Positions 37,826-50,600 of a DNA stretch of 64,000 bases are shown here, piece by piece. The stretch is from positions 14,742,809 to 14,806,808 of the forward strand of contig JASCQW010000148.1 of assembly GCA_030264375.1 (NCBI GenBank), written 5' to 3'. Each line of letters opens with the position of its first letter. Within the stretch, counting starts at the first letter, position 1. The notes below the pieces were generated by a model that did no database searches, was not told the origin of the DNA, and saw only the letters and a program-made list of their open reading frames with translations. Source of the stretch: Carcharhinus longimanus. Its lineage: Eukaryota. The position numbers were made by a program, and so were the translations under genes.

Positions 37826-38103
37826 TTTCAATGAGATTGCCTCTCATTTTTCAAAACCTTGATACTCCAGCAAATACAGTCCCAGTTTCCTCAAATCTCT
37901 CTTCATAAGACAATCCCACCATCCTAGTGATTAGTCTAATGAATGTCAGTTGCACTGTCTCTATGGCAAGCATATCCTTCCCTAGGTAAGGAGACCAAAA
38001 CTATGCACTGTACTTCAGGTGCGGCCTCACCAAGGCTCTATACAATGCAGCAAGACACCTTTGCTGTTGTACATAAATCCCCTTACTATGAAGGCCACCA
38101 ACT

Positions 38104-40033
38104 GGCTGCGATTTTCCAGCCAGGTTGCACTAATCTGCAAAAATTGTGTGGACCAAAAGATGGGTTTTGTAACTAGCGGCAAATAGTTTGCGATCTTCTG
38201 GGGCCCTTTCTGGTGGCACAAACCTGATCTCGTCCAGAAAAGCTGTAATGTTGATTAGCATGAGATTGACTTGATTTCAAGCTCATTAGCGAGTTGGGCA
38301 CGCAATCGTTCCCTCTCCCAGAATGTTTCCACCTCCGCCCCCAATGGGAAGTCACACGGGTGCAATTCACTACTGGTCCCTTGCAGTGTGGTCCAGGTGA
38401 CATAGATTGCGAGTGTGAACGAGGAAGTGAATGCTGCTTAGCAGTAACTTACAGAGTGTAAAAGGGCAAATCAGCTCCTGCCATGGTGACTATTTTGCAC
38501 CAAACATGCAGGTGGCAGCATCCAGAAGTCATATTGCAGGCATTCCCCAATGAGGGCCTTCTCAGAGCCACCTTAATTGACTACAAGAGTGCCACAGACT
38601 TCAGCTCAAACTTACTGCTGCCAATGGCCAGGGCTGCCAGGGTTCCATATCTGGGTGGAAGGGATTCCCACAACTGAAACATGTCAGCACAAGAAGCTGA
38701 CTGTATGTCACTCAGAGAAGTCAGGTCAGACATCCTGAGGGTAGGGAGGGTACTAACATCTGACTCCCCATTAGGCTACAAGTCACAGTTCATGCACTGA
38801 TTGCCCAGATGCATTGAATGTGAGAGCATGACAACTTCATCCTGGGGCACTCAATATTCCTGGGGTCTTTGAGTGTCACCCCAAGCTGCCGGAATGGCTC
38901 ATGGAGGACAAGAGCTACTTACTGAGGCCATGGCTGAGGACACCAGTGTGGAGTCCTGAGACCAAGGTGGAGACTCATTATAATGACACCCAGGCTGCCA
39001 CTCCATCTGTCATTGGGCAGGGCATTGGCATGCTCAAGATGTCATTCTGCTGCCTGGACCACTGTGATGGTACTCTTTAGTATGGTACCCAGAGTCTCCC
39101 ACCTTGTGCAGCAAAATGGCAGCATTCTGGGGAGGAGGGGTTTAGGAGGGAGCGAAAGGAGAGCCAGAGGAGGATCTGAGGATAGAGGACAGGCAGCAGC
39201 AAGAGTCCAGCATGCCATGAGGATCAGTGAGACCCCAATTGCTGCCAGATGCTCCGATTAAAAGTCTTAATTTCTGATACCTCTGGTGCACTGACTTCCG
39301 GGAATGGCATGGAGTTCAGGCCTATGGTGGAAAAGCAGCCTCGTGACTTTCATGTGATGGCTGGCCACTATAGGGAGCACTGTAAAGTAACGAGCCCTGT
39401 AAACATTTGCCAAGCTCCCTTGATTGAGGACAGCTACCAAACCTGGCATTTGTAACTGTTAGTTGTGCCTGGGATGGAATGTCCACAATATATCAGATAG
39501 CCTGTCCAGCAGACAGATGGCAGGTACCGAGTGTGATATTAGTGGGGTTGGGACTCAGCCTCATATGCAACCCCTTGGGGTCATTCAGCGGCCAGGGTAA
39601 ACGTGCGCAACACAAGCCACTAGTCAGTCACGGCCTTCGATTTGTGGACTCCCAAGCATGTCTAAGCCCCTCATCCCATCCTGCACCATGGGAGTGGCTG
39701 CACTCCCCAACCCAACAACCCCAGACGTTGGTGTTCAGCAGTACTCCGTAGCTCTCCTTCATTACTGGTGCATCTTGACCATACTTGTAAATATCTGTAC
39801 TAAATGGCGCAGATGTGATGTTATGTCAGCGAGCTAGGAAGCCTCCAGAAGAATCTCATGCTAATAAGCTTTGTGCACTTTATTGGTGTGATGCGATATG
39901 TGCCACTCAAAAAGGACCAGGAAGATCACAAACCATTTGGTGCCAGGTGCGAATCCAATTTTTAGCTTTGTACGCTATTTTCCCAGTTCACTGCTATTTG
40001 TGCCAAGCACGGTGAGGTGGTAATGTTCAGCCC
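38104..40033 (+). mobile_element. Internally deleted PIF/Harbinger DNA transposon with long imperfect terminal inverted repeats
   Basis: Inverted pairs gtttgcgatcttctggggccctttctggtggcaca / tgtgccactcaaaaaggaccaggaagatcacaaac and ttagcatgagatt / aatctcatgctaa. Transposase remnant inside. Confidence 0.8.
38827..39261 (+). pseudogene. Harbinger (HARBI1-like) DDE transposase remnant
   Basis: Manual translation gives HDNFILGHS, a frameshift, then 38856-39080 IPGVFECHPKLPEWLMEDKSYLLRPWLRTPVWSPETKVETHYNDTQAATPSVIGQGIGMLKMSFCCLDHCDGTL*. This matches the WLLGDxGY…WLMTP…YN..H…R..IE..G.LK.RFRCLD pattern. Confidence 0.8.
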
Positions 40034-40174
40034 TTAATCTTTTTTGGGGGAATTTCCACCCATCATTTGCCTTCTTGATTGATTTTTGCACCTGCTTGCT
40101 AGTTTTTGGTGATTCCTGCACCTAGGTTTCTGTGCACACCAGCAGTTCCCAACCTCTCATCATTTAAGAATTTC

Positions 40175-40830
40175 GGCTGAATTTTATGTGTCCCCGGTGA
40201 ATGTGTTTCTCATGGCAGATACCGGGCACCCATTCAACTAACTTCCCACCTCTCCCAGAGCTCATAATGCACCAAAATCAGTAGCCAGTCCATAATATTT
40301 AAGTGAATAATCAAGAGTCAATTAAACTTATTATCAAGCCAATTGACCTTGATATTACACGCCCCATGCCATAAATGTTTGCTGTGTGCAGCTGGGTGGG
40401 AGTGGGAAGCCTGTCTTTTTTTCACTCAGATGCCTAAAGGATAGGAAAAAAAAGGAAGTTGCTTATTGAGGGATGCCCCTTGACAATTGTGGGATGGTTC
40501 ACCATTGGTTGAACTTCCCCCTTCCTACGTGCACCCTTCCTTAACCTTCCCAACATACCCAAACCCGACCATCCCCAGACTAGGTACTACTCTGGGGATC
40601 CATGGCCCTCTTCTTCTGCAGACCCAGTAGTGGCCACTGATGTCTTTCTGGCATTGCTGGGTCTGACAAGGCTGCCAGCCAATCGGATTAGTTACTATCT
40701 CCAGAGGGTGGGATTTCCTCCCTGATGAGTGGTGGAAGTTCCACTTGACCTTTGTTAACCTGTCCTGCAGTGTTTTATGGCTATGGGGCAGGTCGGTCTA
40801 AAATAGCAATGACTTCCTTGAGACCCTCAT
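40175..40830. mobile_element. Second Harbinger-type MITE
   Basis: Starts ggctgaattttatg and has a GC-richer body. The right boundary is uncertain. Confidence 0.4.
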
Positions 40831-41088
40831 CTATGGTGTACACTAGCACTGGGATATCCTCCACTGCTCAGGGATCTTGCACAATATTAATGGGGGAGAA
40901 TTCAGTACTGTTTGTCTTATGGACACTTAAACAACACTGGCATCTCATCTATCATGCTGCATAAACCCCATCCTCATCTTTTACTGAGATGGTTCAGTAC
41001 ACAAAGCAGGCATGCATGCCTCCCAACTTCTCCTCCATCTCTCATTGCAGTCCATTCCATTTACCTGGAGACTCTGGAGACATCCATA

Positions 41089-41295
41089 GGGGAGGTGATG
41101 GCTGAGTGGTATTATCAGTAGATTATTAATCCAGAAACACAGCTAATATTCTGGGGACCCAGGTTCAAATCCCACCATGGCAGATGGTGGAATTTGAATT
41201 AATAAAAATATTTGGAATTAAGAATCTACTGATGACCATGAAACCATTGTTGATTGTTGGAAAAACCCATCTCGTTCGCTAATGTCCTTTAGGGA
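41089..41295 (+). mobile_element. tRNA-headed SINE or LINE 5' end (8789 family), cut by gap
   Basis: A box tggctgagtggt, B box ggttcaaatccc, then gatgaccatgaaaccattgt…aatgtcctttaggga as at 8900-8975. Confidence 0.85.
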
Positions 41296-41395
41296 NNNNN
41301 NNNNNNNNNNNNNNNNNNNNNNNNNNNNNNNNNNNNNNNNNNNNNNNNNNNNNNNNNNNNNNNNNNNNNNNNNNNNNNNNNNNNNNNNNNNNNNN

Positions 41396-41560
41396 AGCGA
41401 GGAATTAAAGGAGGTATGGAATGGTTAAAACCAGGTTCTGAAGAAGGAAAGCAATGTAAAAGTTTCTGTGTTTTTATAGAATTAGGTGATGGAATTTCAG
41501 AGGTCAGTGCTTAGACAACTTCAGGCTTTGTCACCGGAGAGTAAAAGGAGGAGACAGGAA
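41396..41560 (-). mobile_element. L2 LINE 3' fragment
   Basis: Purine-rich ggaatttcagagg…ttagacaact…ggctttgtcacc pattern, also seen at 51320-51735 and 58020-58340. Confidence 0.4.
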
Positions 41561-42699
41561 TATAATGACAGTCTGCAAAGAGTAAGGGCTCATCAATATT
41601 GGCTGTCCTTTGATTCAAGGTTGGAATTTTAAATCCAATAATTGTGGAACTCCAATTGTGTTGTCCAAATTTTGAAAGAACCCATTATGCAGAACTCTCC
41701 ATTGAAGTGTGTACAAAACTGATACCAGTGAATCTTCCTACAAATGCACATGCATAAATGTTCCTGAACCCAGGATTAACATTCAAAAATAGCTCTGAAG
41801 ACCACAACTCTTGGCTATACAATAGTACACTTCACTGGACAGCACTGAGTAGGTTCCGATTTAGTGCCTCTGGCTTTCAGAACACTAGTTTTAATTGTAA
41901 AATGCAAATTCTCTTGGGCTTTTTTTTCATTTGGTGTTTTCGTGCAGTCTAATTTTTGATCCCAATCAGTTTTGTTAATGAGTCTTGTCAGGATGTTGTT
42001 GGCTGGAAGTGATTACTAGAAGCAGAATGTTACACAGTCATGTCTGCAAAACTGATATAATCAAATGCTTCTGTAGGCTACTGTGATCCCAGCAGCTTGT
42101 TATATGCAGATGTTGTTGTGTGTGTTCTAATGTATTATAGTTTTCTGTTGTTTATCTCTAGGCTAGCATTGAGAGACATCCAACAATTTAACCTCTTTAT
42201 ACTTTAACTCTTTCAACACTCATGTCAAGCAGAAAGCATTTGTACAGCTTTCACTTAAAACAACCAAAACAAATAACTAGGGTGAAAAACAGAAATGCAC
42301 ATGAATAATGATAAACAGTTCTAGTGAACCACACCTCTGAGTTTATTGACTGGCGATGGTATATTTGCATAGCAGGATGTTGAGAGATGCAAAGCAGAAG
42401 TGAAAATTAGGACACAAACAGTAATCAGACAGATATGTAATATGGCTGCAGAGTTACCTAATCTGACTTAATGTCCTCCTTGTTTTCGAGCAAGGTTTGT
42501 AAGGAGAAGCAAGTATCCAACCCCATTGCCTCCGAATGCAGGAAGCCCAATCTTGTGCATAACTTGTGATTAGGATTTTTTGAAAATTTTTCAATTTTAT
42601 GTCAAAACTTTACCTCCAAGAAATTAAACGAATTGAAGAAAGAACATGATAATTCAATCCAAAGTTCCTACACAGGCCCTGTACAAAAAGTCATCCCAA

Positions 42700-43106
42700 T
42701 AGATCAGCATCCTATTGGCACCTTTAACAGTCGTTCCCTCTAGCATTGGTGCATAGTAGTAGCAGTGCGCACATCTTCAAGACGCACTGCAACAACTTGC
42801 CAAAGCTGCTTCAACTGTATCTTCCAGATCCCAACCTTGATACTTAGAAGAACAAGGGCAGCAGACAAATGAGAGTGCCACCATGTATAATCTCTGCTCC
42901 ATGCCATACATCATCCTGATTTGGAAATATACCGCTGTTTCTTCCAGATCAAAACTCCTGAAACTCCCTTCCTAAGAGCGCTGGGAATGTACCTATACCG
43001 CATGAATTGCAGCGGTTCAAGAAGGGAGCACATGACAACCTTCTGAAGCGCAGATAAAGATGGGCAATAAATGCTGGCTTTATTCCTGAATGAATTTTTT
43101 TAAAAA
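42700..43106 (+). mobile_element. 3' end of the 8789-11750 LINE family
   Basis: gcactgcaacaacttgccaaag…catcctgatttggaaatat…gcagcggttcaagaagg…gatgggcaataaatgctggc. Confidence 0.85.
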
Positions 43107-46100
43107 TGCCTTCATTGTTTCAAATTTATTTATTTATGAATGTTCAAAGGATCTTTCAGTGTAAATCATAATTTGTAACTAACTGATTATTAAGTTAGAT
43201 TGTGAAGGGAAGACATTCTTTCATGTTCAGTCTGTTGCCTTTTGATCCATGCTTCATTAAACATCAGAATTATGTGTGACTAGTCATCCATATCACAAAA
43301 AAGTATTTGTTAGAGCCTGTCCACCAGCGATGAAAGCTTAAAAAATGCATTTAGTCCATGCTCTAGCCAAACTGGTGATATTGGATCTGCTCTTGTCTTT
43401 CCAGCATTTTCAATTATTATTTCAAATTTCCATAATTCTCAAATTTCTGTTTTCTCTGCTGCTTGTTGTTCCAGAGATTCAGCTGGAGTAATAACAATGA
43501 AGTGCCACTGTCTCAGTGGTGTTCTTTTAATTGGATTCCGGCAGACTGGCCATTACAAACCTGGGCTAAATCTGCATATGCCTTGCTAAATCTGGATCTT
43601 TTATGTCAGGTGGCAAATTTGGATAACCATAACAAACTGAGTCTACAAGCCTTTCATGGGAATAAGGGAATCAGTTTTAGATGTAAGCACAAGGACCCAG
43701 CTCCTCAACACTGGATTCCAAATGATAGCATTGGTATGAAAATGGCAATAATGTCACTTTCTTGCTTAGGAAATGTGTTTAATTTGCATTGGCAGTNNNN
43801 NNNNNNNNNNNNNNNNNNNNNNNNNNNNNNNNNNNNNNNNNNGACTTAATTTAGCTTGTCATTATGACCCTAACTCTGAGTTTCCTCCCTTGACACCATA
43901 CTCTCCCCTTCCCCAGGGTCTTCAAGAAGGTTGCTCCAAGCCAGATCATGAACCAGAGATATTGAACTTAATTTAATTACTGATCTGCATGCAGGCTGAC
44001 TTTTAATTTACGGTTTAAATCCAATGGCGGCTTGAATGAAGCATTTATGCAAGTGACATTGAAACCACCTACCTTGCAGTCTTGTACAAAATCTGTAGGG
44101 GCAATAGTGGGAGTTTTTATATAAAACCTGAACTGACTAAATAACTTCTTACAGTTCATTTGTTATACTCGATTCGGTAATGCTGAAAATTTCCTACAGT
44201 ATGAATTCTTCTTCTCAAATTAGCAACTTGACATTGAAAATGCTCACAGTAAGTTTGGGTTACAGAATCCTGTGTAAATTACCAACACAAAACTGACTTT
44301 GCCACGGCATACTTCATGAATCTTGACTGAGGGCTGTGTTTTTCCTATTAAGATGAGTATAAAGTATTTTGAACATTCTGAGGTAGCTTTCAGACCCATG
44401 AGTCTGAGGTTAGGCATTACTTTTCTTCCCTTTACATGTGTCTCCAAGAAAACCTATTCTTTTATCATGTCCTGCAGGCAAGACTAAAATTGGGTACCTG
44501 AGTGATAACATCAAGAGTGGACCCAAAATAGGCTCCATCATTCTAAACCTCTGAAAATTAAGGGTAATATTTTCAAAATTGAGATTACTGCAACAGTATA
44601 CAGTAACCATGACTCAAAAGTATTTTTCTATTTTATACAAGTGAAGCTATATTGTTCTTCATATCTATTTATGTGGATGCAGTCTTGGCCCTTATTTTAA
44701 AAAGTGATAGCTTTTACAGAGCAGCCATGTGCTGAATTTAGGATATTTCATTATGCTGTTTAATGCTAATGTTTAGTCCTTTGTAGCTTTGCCAAACAAC
44801 AGACTGCTCCTTCATTGGCCATTTTGACATGTAGCTGTTTAAAGAAATAGAAAGAAAACAGATTTGTTGCTGATTTGTTTTCTGAAACTCTTATTGAAAA
44901 CATTAGTATTGATTTTGATGCACTGGAGGTGACTTTTCATGCAGAAGAACATCTGATTTTCCCTGTCTGATTAAATTGTCACTGAGGTTTGGAAGGCATT
45001 CTTTTTAATAACAATGAGATGATTGTGCAGAAAATGTTGTGCAGACTTCTTTGGGGTATAATTTGCTATTCTACTTTTTGTTCTCTAGCAAGTACTTAAG
45101 GTTCTGTGCCTACACTGTGAAGGTTGCAGTTCCACTGCTGCAGCAAAATTAAAGTAGAATTAAAACGCAACCATTTTGTAATTTCATATTCTAAATCATG
45201 TTAATAATTTGAAACAAAATACTTTGCATACAACCATAAAAACTTTACAAATTTCATACTAAATTATATATTGTTTTACAATGTAATATGTCAACATCAA
45301 CATTAAATTCTTCAACTTAAACGTTCAGACAAGACTTGCCAGTTTATTGGGCTGAAATGTTAAAGTATTTTTTCTGAGTTGTTGTATGTGTCTAAGCAAA
45401 TATCAGATCGTAAGTACATAACCTGTGGTGGTTTTGGAAAATGATCATGCTTCTTGCTAAAAGTTTCATTATTTAAGAGTAATCTAACCAATCATCAAAG
45501 ATTTGAGCGGACATGCATTTTGGAGTTTTATTTGATTGCCTTTGGGATCAAGAAAGAATTTTGCAGAAGTGGTTTAGTTCTTAATTGAGGGAAGAGGAAA
45601 GTTTTGATGGGCTGAATGCCTTTTCTGACTCTGTTTTCTGGTTGTGAAGTGGCACGGCCAATCTAACGTAAGCCATAAGCGGTCGCAATATCTTTACAGC
45701 CACAGACATAGGTAATTGGATGTAATTGATCAAGCTTAATTGTCACCATTCTAAATCAAATAATGTATTACTTATTTTATGACAACGTCAAATTATTGGA
45801 CATTCAGTAAATTGTGTAAATAAGCTGTTATACTTAAAATTGGTACACTTACTCATTGTCTTGTACATTAAAGTTTAACAATAAACTTAATGTAGAATTT
45901 TTGCTCAAAAGCCAAGGATATTTAGCTCCAACATATCTGTTTCTATTTATCAGCTTAAATTATATTAAAAAAAACACACAGAATGGAAGCTAAAAAGCCA
46001 AATATATCCTATAGTGTTTTTGATGAAGACATTAACTTCTCATCCACTTCTATCCTCTCCCAAACACATGGGTGCTTTTCACTAAGCAATGCTGGTTAGG

Positions 46101-46189
46101 AAATTGTGAATGGGAAGCCTGGTTGATTTTGTCCACCTTCTTTCTTCAATAGTGGGTCAGTGATGAGTTTCTATATGGCACCCAGACAC

Positions 46190-46376
46190 AACGGCGAACC
46201 ACATGCCATCCAGGTCTACCCTGCCACTGAATTATGCCGTGAAACAGCCAGGTGCATAATTAATTAGGATTCTTTTCAAGGATTAGTATTTTCTCCCACC
46301 AGTCTCCACAGCAGGAAACCCTTCATGTTCCCATCTCCACAATGGCACTTAGTCTCAAAATGGGAGAATCCAGCCC
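46190..46376. mobile_element. Harbinger-type MITE fragment
   Basis: Ends gggagaatccagccc, the reverse complement of gggctggattctccc. Confidence 0.45.
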
Positions 46377-46707
46377 ATTTATTGTTTCTTTCTGCACAAC
46401 TGCTACCAAGCCAGCTGAGTATTTTCGGTTTTATTTCAGATAGATTAGAATGCTTAGCAAAGGATCTAATTTATGATTGAATGTGGAAATGTGCATTTTG
46501 TGTGCTCCTTTGAATAGCATTGAGTTCCCTTTTGAAAGAACTATATTTTCTCTGACATTCTCATCTGCTTTACAGATGTAAATTGATTCAGTCGAAGATC
46601 ACTGTGACTTTAGCCAGTTGGTCAATATCTGCCTGATGGATTTTAAGTTCTGTGAAATTAGCAAGGATGTTTGAAAATGAATGTTGTAAGTTAAATCGGC
46701 AGCATAC

Positions 46708-47020
46708 CATAGAACTGTAGATTCCCTGCATGCAGAAAGAGGCTGTTCGGCCCATCAGGTCTGCACCAACTCAGGCCCTAACCCCATAACCCCATGTATT
46801 TATCCCACTAATCCCCCAACCCAGATATCCTGGGACAATAAGGGGCAATTTAGCATGGCCATCAACCTAACCAGCACATCTTTTGGACTGTGAGAGGAAA
46901 CAAGGAGCACCTGGAGAAAACCCACGGAGAACGTGCAAACTCCACACAGACTGTGACCTGAGGCTAGAATTGAACACTGATTCCTGGTGCTGTGAGGCAG
47001 CAGTGCTTGCCGCTGTGCCT
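46708..47020 (-). mobile_element. HE1-like SINE
   Basis: Tail, ggggcaatttagcatggcc, V-domain, gaattgaacac B box and tgtgaggcagcagtgc head. Confidence 0.9.
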
Positions 47021-47648
47021 ATTTTATGGATATAAATGAATTTTAATAGCTTATGGTTAGCCCTTGTCACTATTTTTCCACATACATATAATGTTTAATA
47101 TTTAGTCATGTCTGATTTCCAATTATTATGACATTATGTATCGTGCATCTACATTTTAATTTCCCCATAATCAATACACAGTCATTTGTTTAGATTTATT
47201 TTTAGGATTTTTAATTTGCATTGATAAATTTCTCACAATATATTGCCAAAGTCGGAGCTTCCTTAGGTGAAAGTACAATACTATAAATGCAATATGTACT
47301 GGAGCCCTCTCTGTTTAATCATATGAATCTGCTATTGAGCATTTCCAGCTCCTACTCCTCTGATTTCCAAGATCCCCCTGGGGATCATCTCCCTGTGTCA
47401 GCATGATTGCTAAGCATTACCTGCATTTAAATGATGTCTAATTCGAAACCCAGTAATTAGTGCAGCTGAGTGACATGAAAGTGGAAATACCTAGCTTTGC
47501 TGGGGCACATTTTTCAGTGGAATGGAGGAACTTGCTTTTGCATCCTGCTGTACTGTACCCAACCTGTCAGTACTTGACACTCTGGCTGGGTGTGAAATAT
47601 GAAAAGTTTTCTATTCTCAGATACATACCTCATTTTGAGTACAAAAAA

Positions 47649-47694
47649 TGCACACGCACACACATGCGCATACATACGTGCACGCACACACACA
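47649..47694. repeat. Alternating purine-pyrimidine (CA/CG/TA) microsatellite, 46 bp
   Basis: tgcacacgcacacacatgcgcatacatacgtgcacgcacacacaca. Confidence 0.9.
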
Positions 47695-50600
47695 AGTTGC
47701 AGGTAGATTGTTTTTACTACTTTGGCCAATTTGAGAACTTGGTCTATTTATTTTTTCTGAGTGAGTGTAGTGTAATTACACACCAATAGTAATAGTGGAA
47801 TTCGCACCACAGGCAAATAAAAACCATAAAATGCATGTGTGACTTACCACTTGACATTTGGTAGAGCGCGTTGAATTAAATTAAGGCTACATAAGAATGC
47901 ATGGTCATTCTCTTGTAAGATAAACAGAATATCTGAGCAACAGTGGCAAGTTTCGGGATAGTTTCATTCATATGAATGATTGTCATAACTCACCTTTGTG
48001 TCTGTGGCATTCGTGAGTTATTGGTCTTTCTTACTCATTAAACGACACCAGTAACTCACTGTCATCAGTGAAATACTGTATTCTATATTTAAACACCAAA
48101 CAAAGGGTGATACTCAGCTCTCTCATCAATTTAAAGAAAAAGATGCCACAATGTGAAGGTTAAAAAACATGCACAAACATTATTTTTCAGCCAGTGATAT
48201 ACCAACTGGATAAAACCAAATACTGTCATAAAGTAAAAAAAGCATAACACATAATAAGACAATTCAACTGGTTTAAGGACAGTTTATATGTATGCTTACT
48301 GCACCAATTCATATATGATAGGGGTGTTAAATGTAAAACAAGCACTCCCTTATTTTATAGAAGAAATAGCTTTATCAAAATCTACTTTGACATTTTTCTG
48401 GAAAAAAAACTGGAGCATTCTTGTCTGTACCACGTGAAGAAACAAGATGAATGGGAATCAACATTGGTCCAAGATCTGTTACAGGACTACAAGAACCCCA
48501 AAAACCACACCATTGCCAGGGTTGTTACTATTCTGCCTACTAGCATGTTATGTTCTGCCAGACGTTCTGATTGGGGCTTTCAGACTGGTCTAGTTTGAAT
48601 ATATGAGGTATTCCTTCATTCTCACCTTAAATCAATAGGGCAACAAATGCAGTGGGAAAGTTCTACTTTGCTGTAACTGCTAATTTTAAATTTGTCAGTT
48701 CTGCCGCACTTCAGTGCTATTCTCTTGACCAATGGTCCTTTTGCTGACCAACATTCCACATCTCCACCCAATCGCTTACAATCAGTGAATGGATGCCATT
48801 CCCATGCAGAATGGGACCAGTCTTCAATGCAATGTTAAATATGCTTTCTGTCAAAATGTTGGAGTCAAAGTTAGTTAAAATAAAATTAATTTTAACATTT
48901 TTAACATGCATTCTTAGTGTGACATTTTTGCTGGGATCAGTGTTATAATTTGAAGGGAAAATTAATTATTGAGATTCTGTACATTAATTAGAAATATAAA
49001 TTGAAACTCACTAGTTTCTAAAAAGCTTGCTTTACAGGAAAAATACCAGGGGCAGCGGGAGATCATTTGCCTAGCTTAGAAAATGCACTCAGAAAGAATC
49101 TTCCATTTCATTACAATAGATTCAGCATTTCTTAAATTATTCCAAGGTTTCTTGCCTCCACCGTCCAACTACAAAGTCCAGTTCACGTTTTGATAACTCT
49201 GTATGAAGAATAAAAACCATTATTATTTGTCTTAAGTCTGCCTTTGGAGTATTTGAGTCCTGCCGTTTTGATTCATTGTCATGGTTCAATCTGAAGTAGT
49301 GTTCCAAGTCTTTTCTTTAATGTGCTGCATACTTCTTTCATATTATAACTCATTAATCAATTTCTGACTCTTCTCCGCAGTCCAGTTGTTATCCTAGGTG
49401 AGACCAGCTAACTCAGAGTTCTTTCTGAGCAAAAAAGAGTGGCAACATACAGCTGTTTCTTCTGCTCCTGAAATAAAACTCAGCTAAATATGTCAGTTGT
49501 AGACATTTTATCGGAGCTAACTCTGGCCATCTCATTTGTATAATATTGTCACATTCACCTGCCAAGCCATTTATTGCCCTCCATTCTGTCTTCACCCCAA
49601 ATTATTGGTAAAATATTTTAAAGTCTATTCACTAATATATTATGGAGCAAATTCCACTTACGTCACACCTGATGTGGCAAGCATCCCCAAGAAGGGATTA
49701 AGTTGAGATGTAGAACGGTTGGAAGGAGAGTTAGGGGATGTAACCAGAGTGTAGACTGGTGAGAGAGGTTTTAAAATGATGTAAAATGACAGTTTTAATA
49801 CATTTATTAATGTAGTAGGTTGAGCTGTTCTGCTATCAGTGTCATATTTTGCAAGTTTAGAAAAAGCACTGAAAAGGCAAAGGCTATTTAAATTGACAAA
49901 GGACCTATTCTTCCTGCGTACCACCTTCCCTTGAAACTTTGTTGGGGCTCAACTATAAGTCAACATAACATCACACAGTTTTCAAACTTCATTTAAAGTT
50001 GTCTCAAAGATTCTCGATTTAATCTGAAATCTGTTGCTGTCTTTTCATATATTTGGAAGTGGATTTCCAATCACTTGTGTGAATTTCGATTAACTTGAGG
50101 AGGAAACGAAGAAGTAATTTGTCGCCAATTGCAATCTGACCCAGTGGATGTGATTTCATCTTATCAACTCAACGACTCTCATTAAGTGGGACTTGATTAA
50201 AACAATTGATTCAGCTATAAAGGAAGGAGAGTGGTTTAGTTATGTTCCAATGCCTTTTTCCAATCTGAAATCTTCAACTATCTGCAAATTTTGAGTTTCT
50301 GAATTTTGGAGCATAATTTATTATTGTTATTAATAGTATCTGCCAGATTAGAGGGTGAGAAGAATATGATTCTGATTGCCAATTTGTCCATGTTCAAATC
50401 CTAGAATTATCTCTGATCGGCCCCCGTTCTCGCTCGCTCGCTCTCTCGTCGATGCAACCCCCCCTCCCCCATGGAGCAAAACCATTAATAGATACATTCA
50501 TTGATTATGAATGTCACATGAATGTCATGATGTTTAAAGTATAGAAGATTTGCCAGAGAATTCTGGTTTTGCACGCAGTTTGAAGTATGCTGGATGGTCT

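Larger units (their letters stand above)
37880..40172 (-). mobile_element. CR1 ORF2 fragment split by the Harbinger insertion (37880-38103 and about 40050-40172)
   Basis: The left part ends …atgaaggccaccaa and the right part resumes catcatttgccttcttgatt…cacctgc. The intact equivalent at about 14430-14480 is contiguous. Confidence 0.7.

Noticed and set aside
379-47020. Antisense orientation bias of SINEs in the intron
   Set aside because: Five minus versus three plus HE1-like copies is too few to support a bias.
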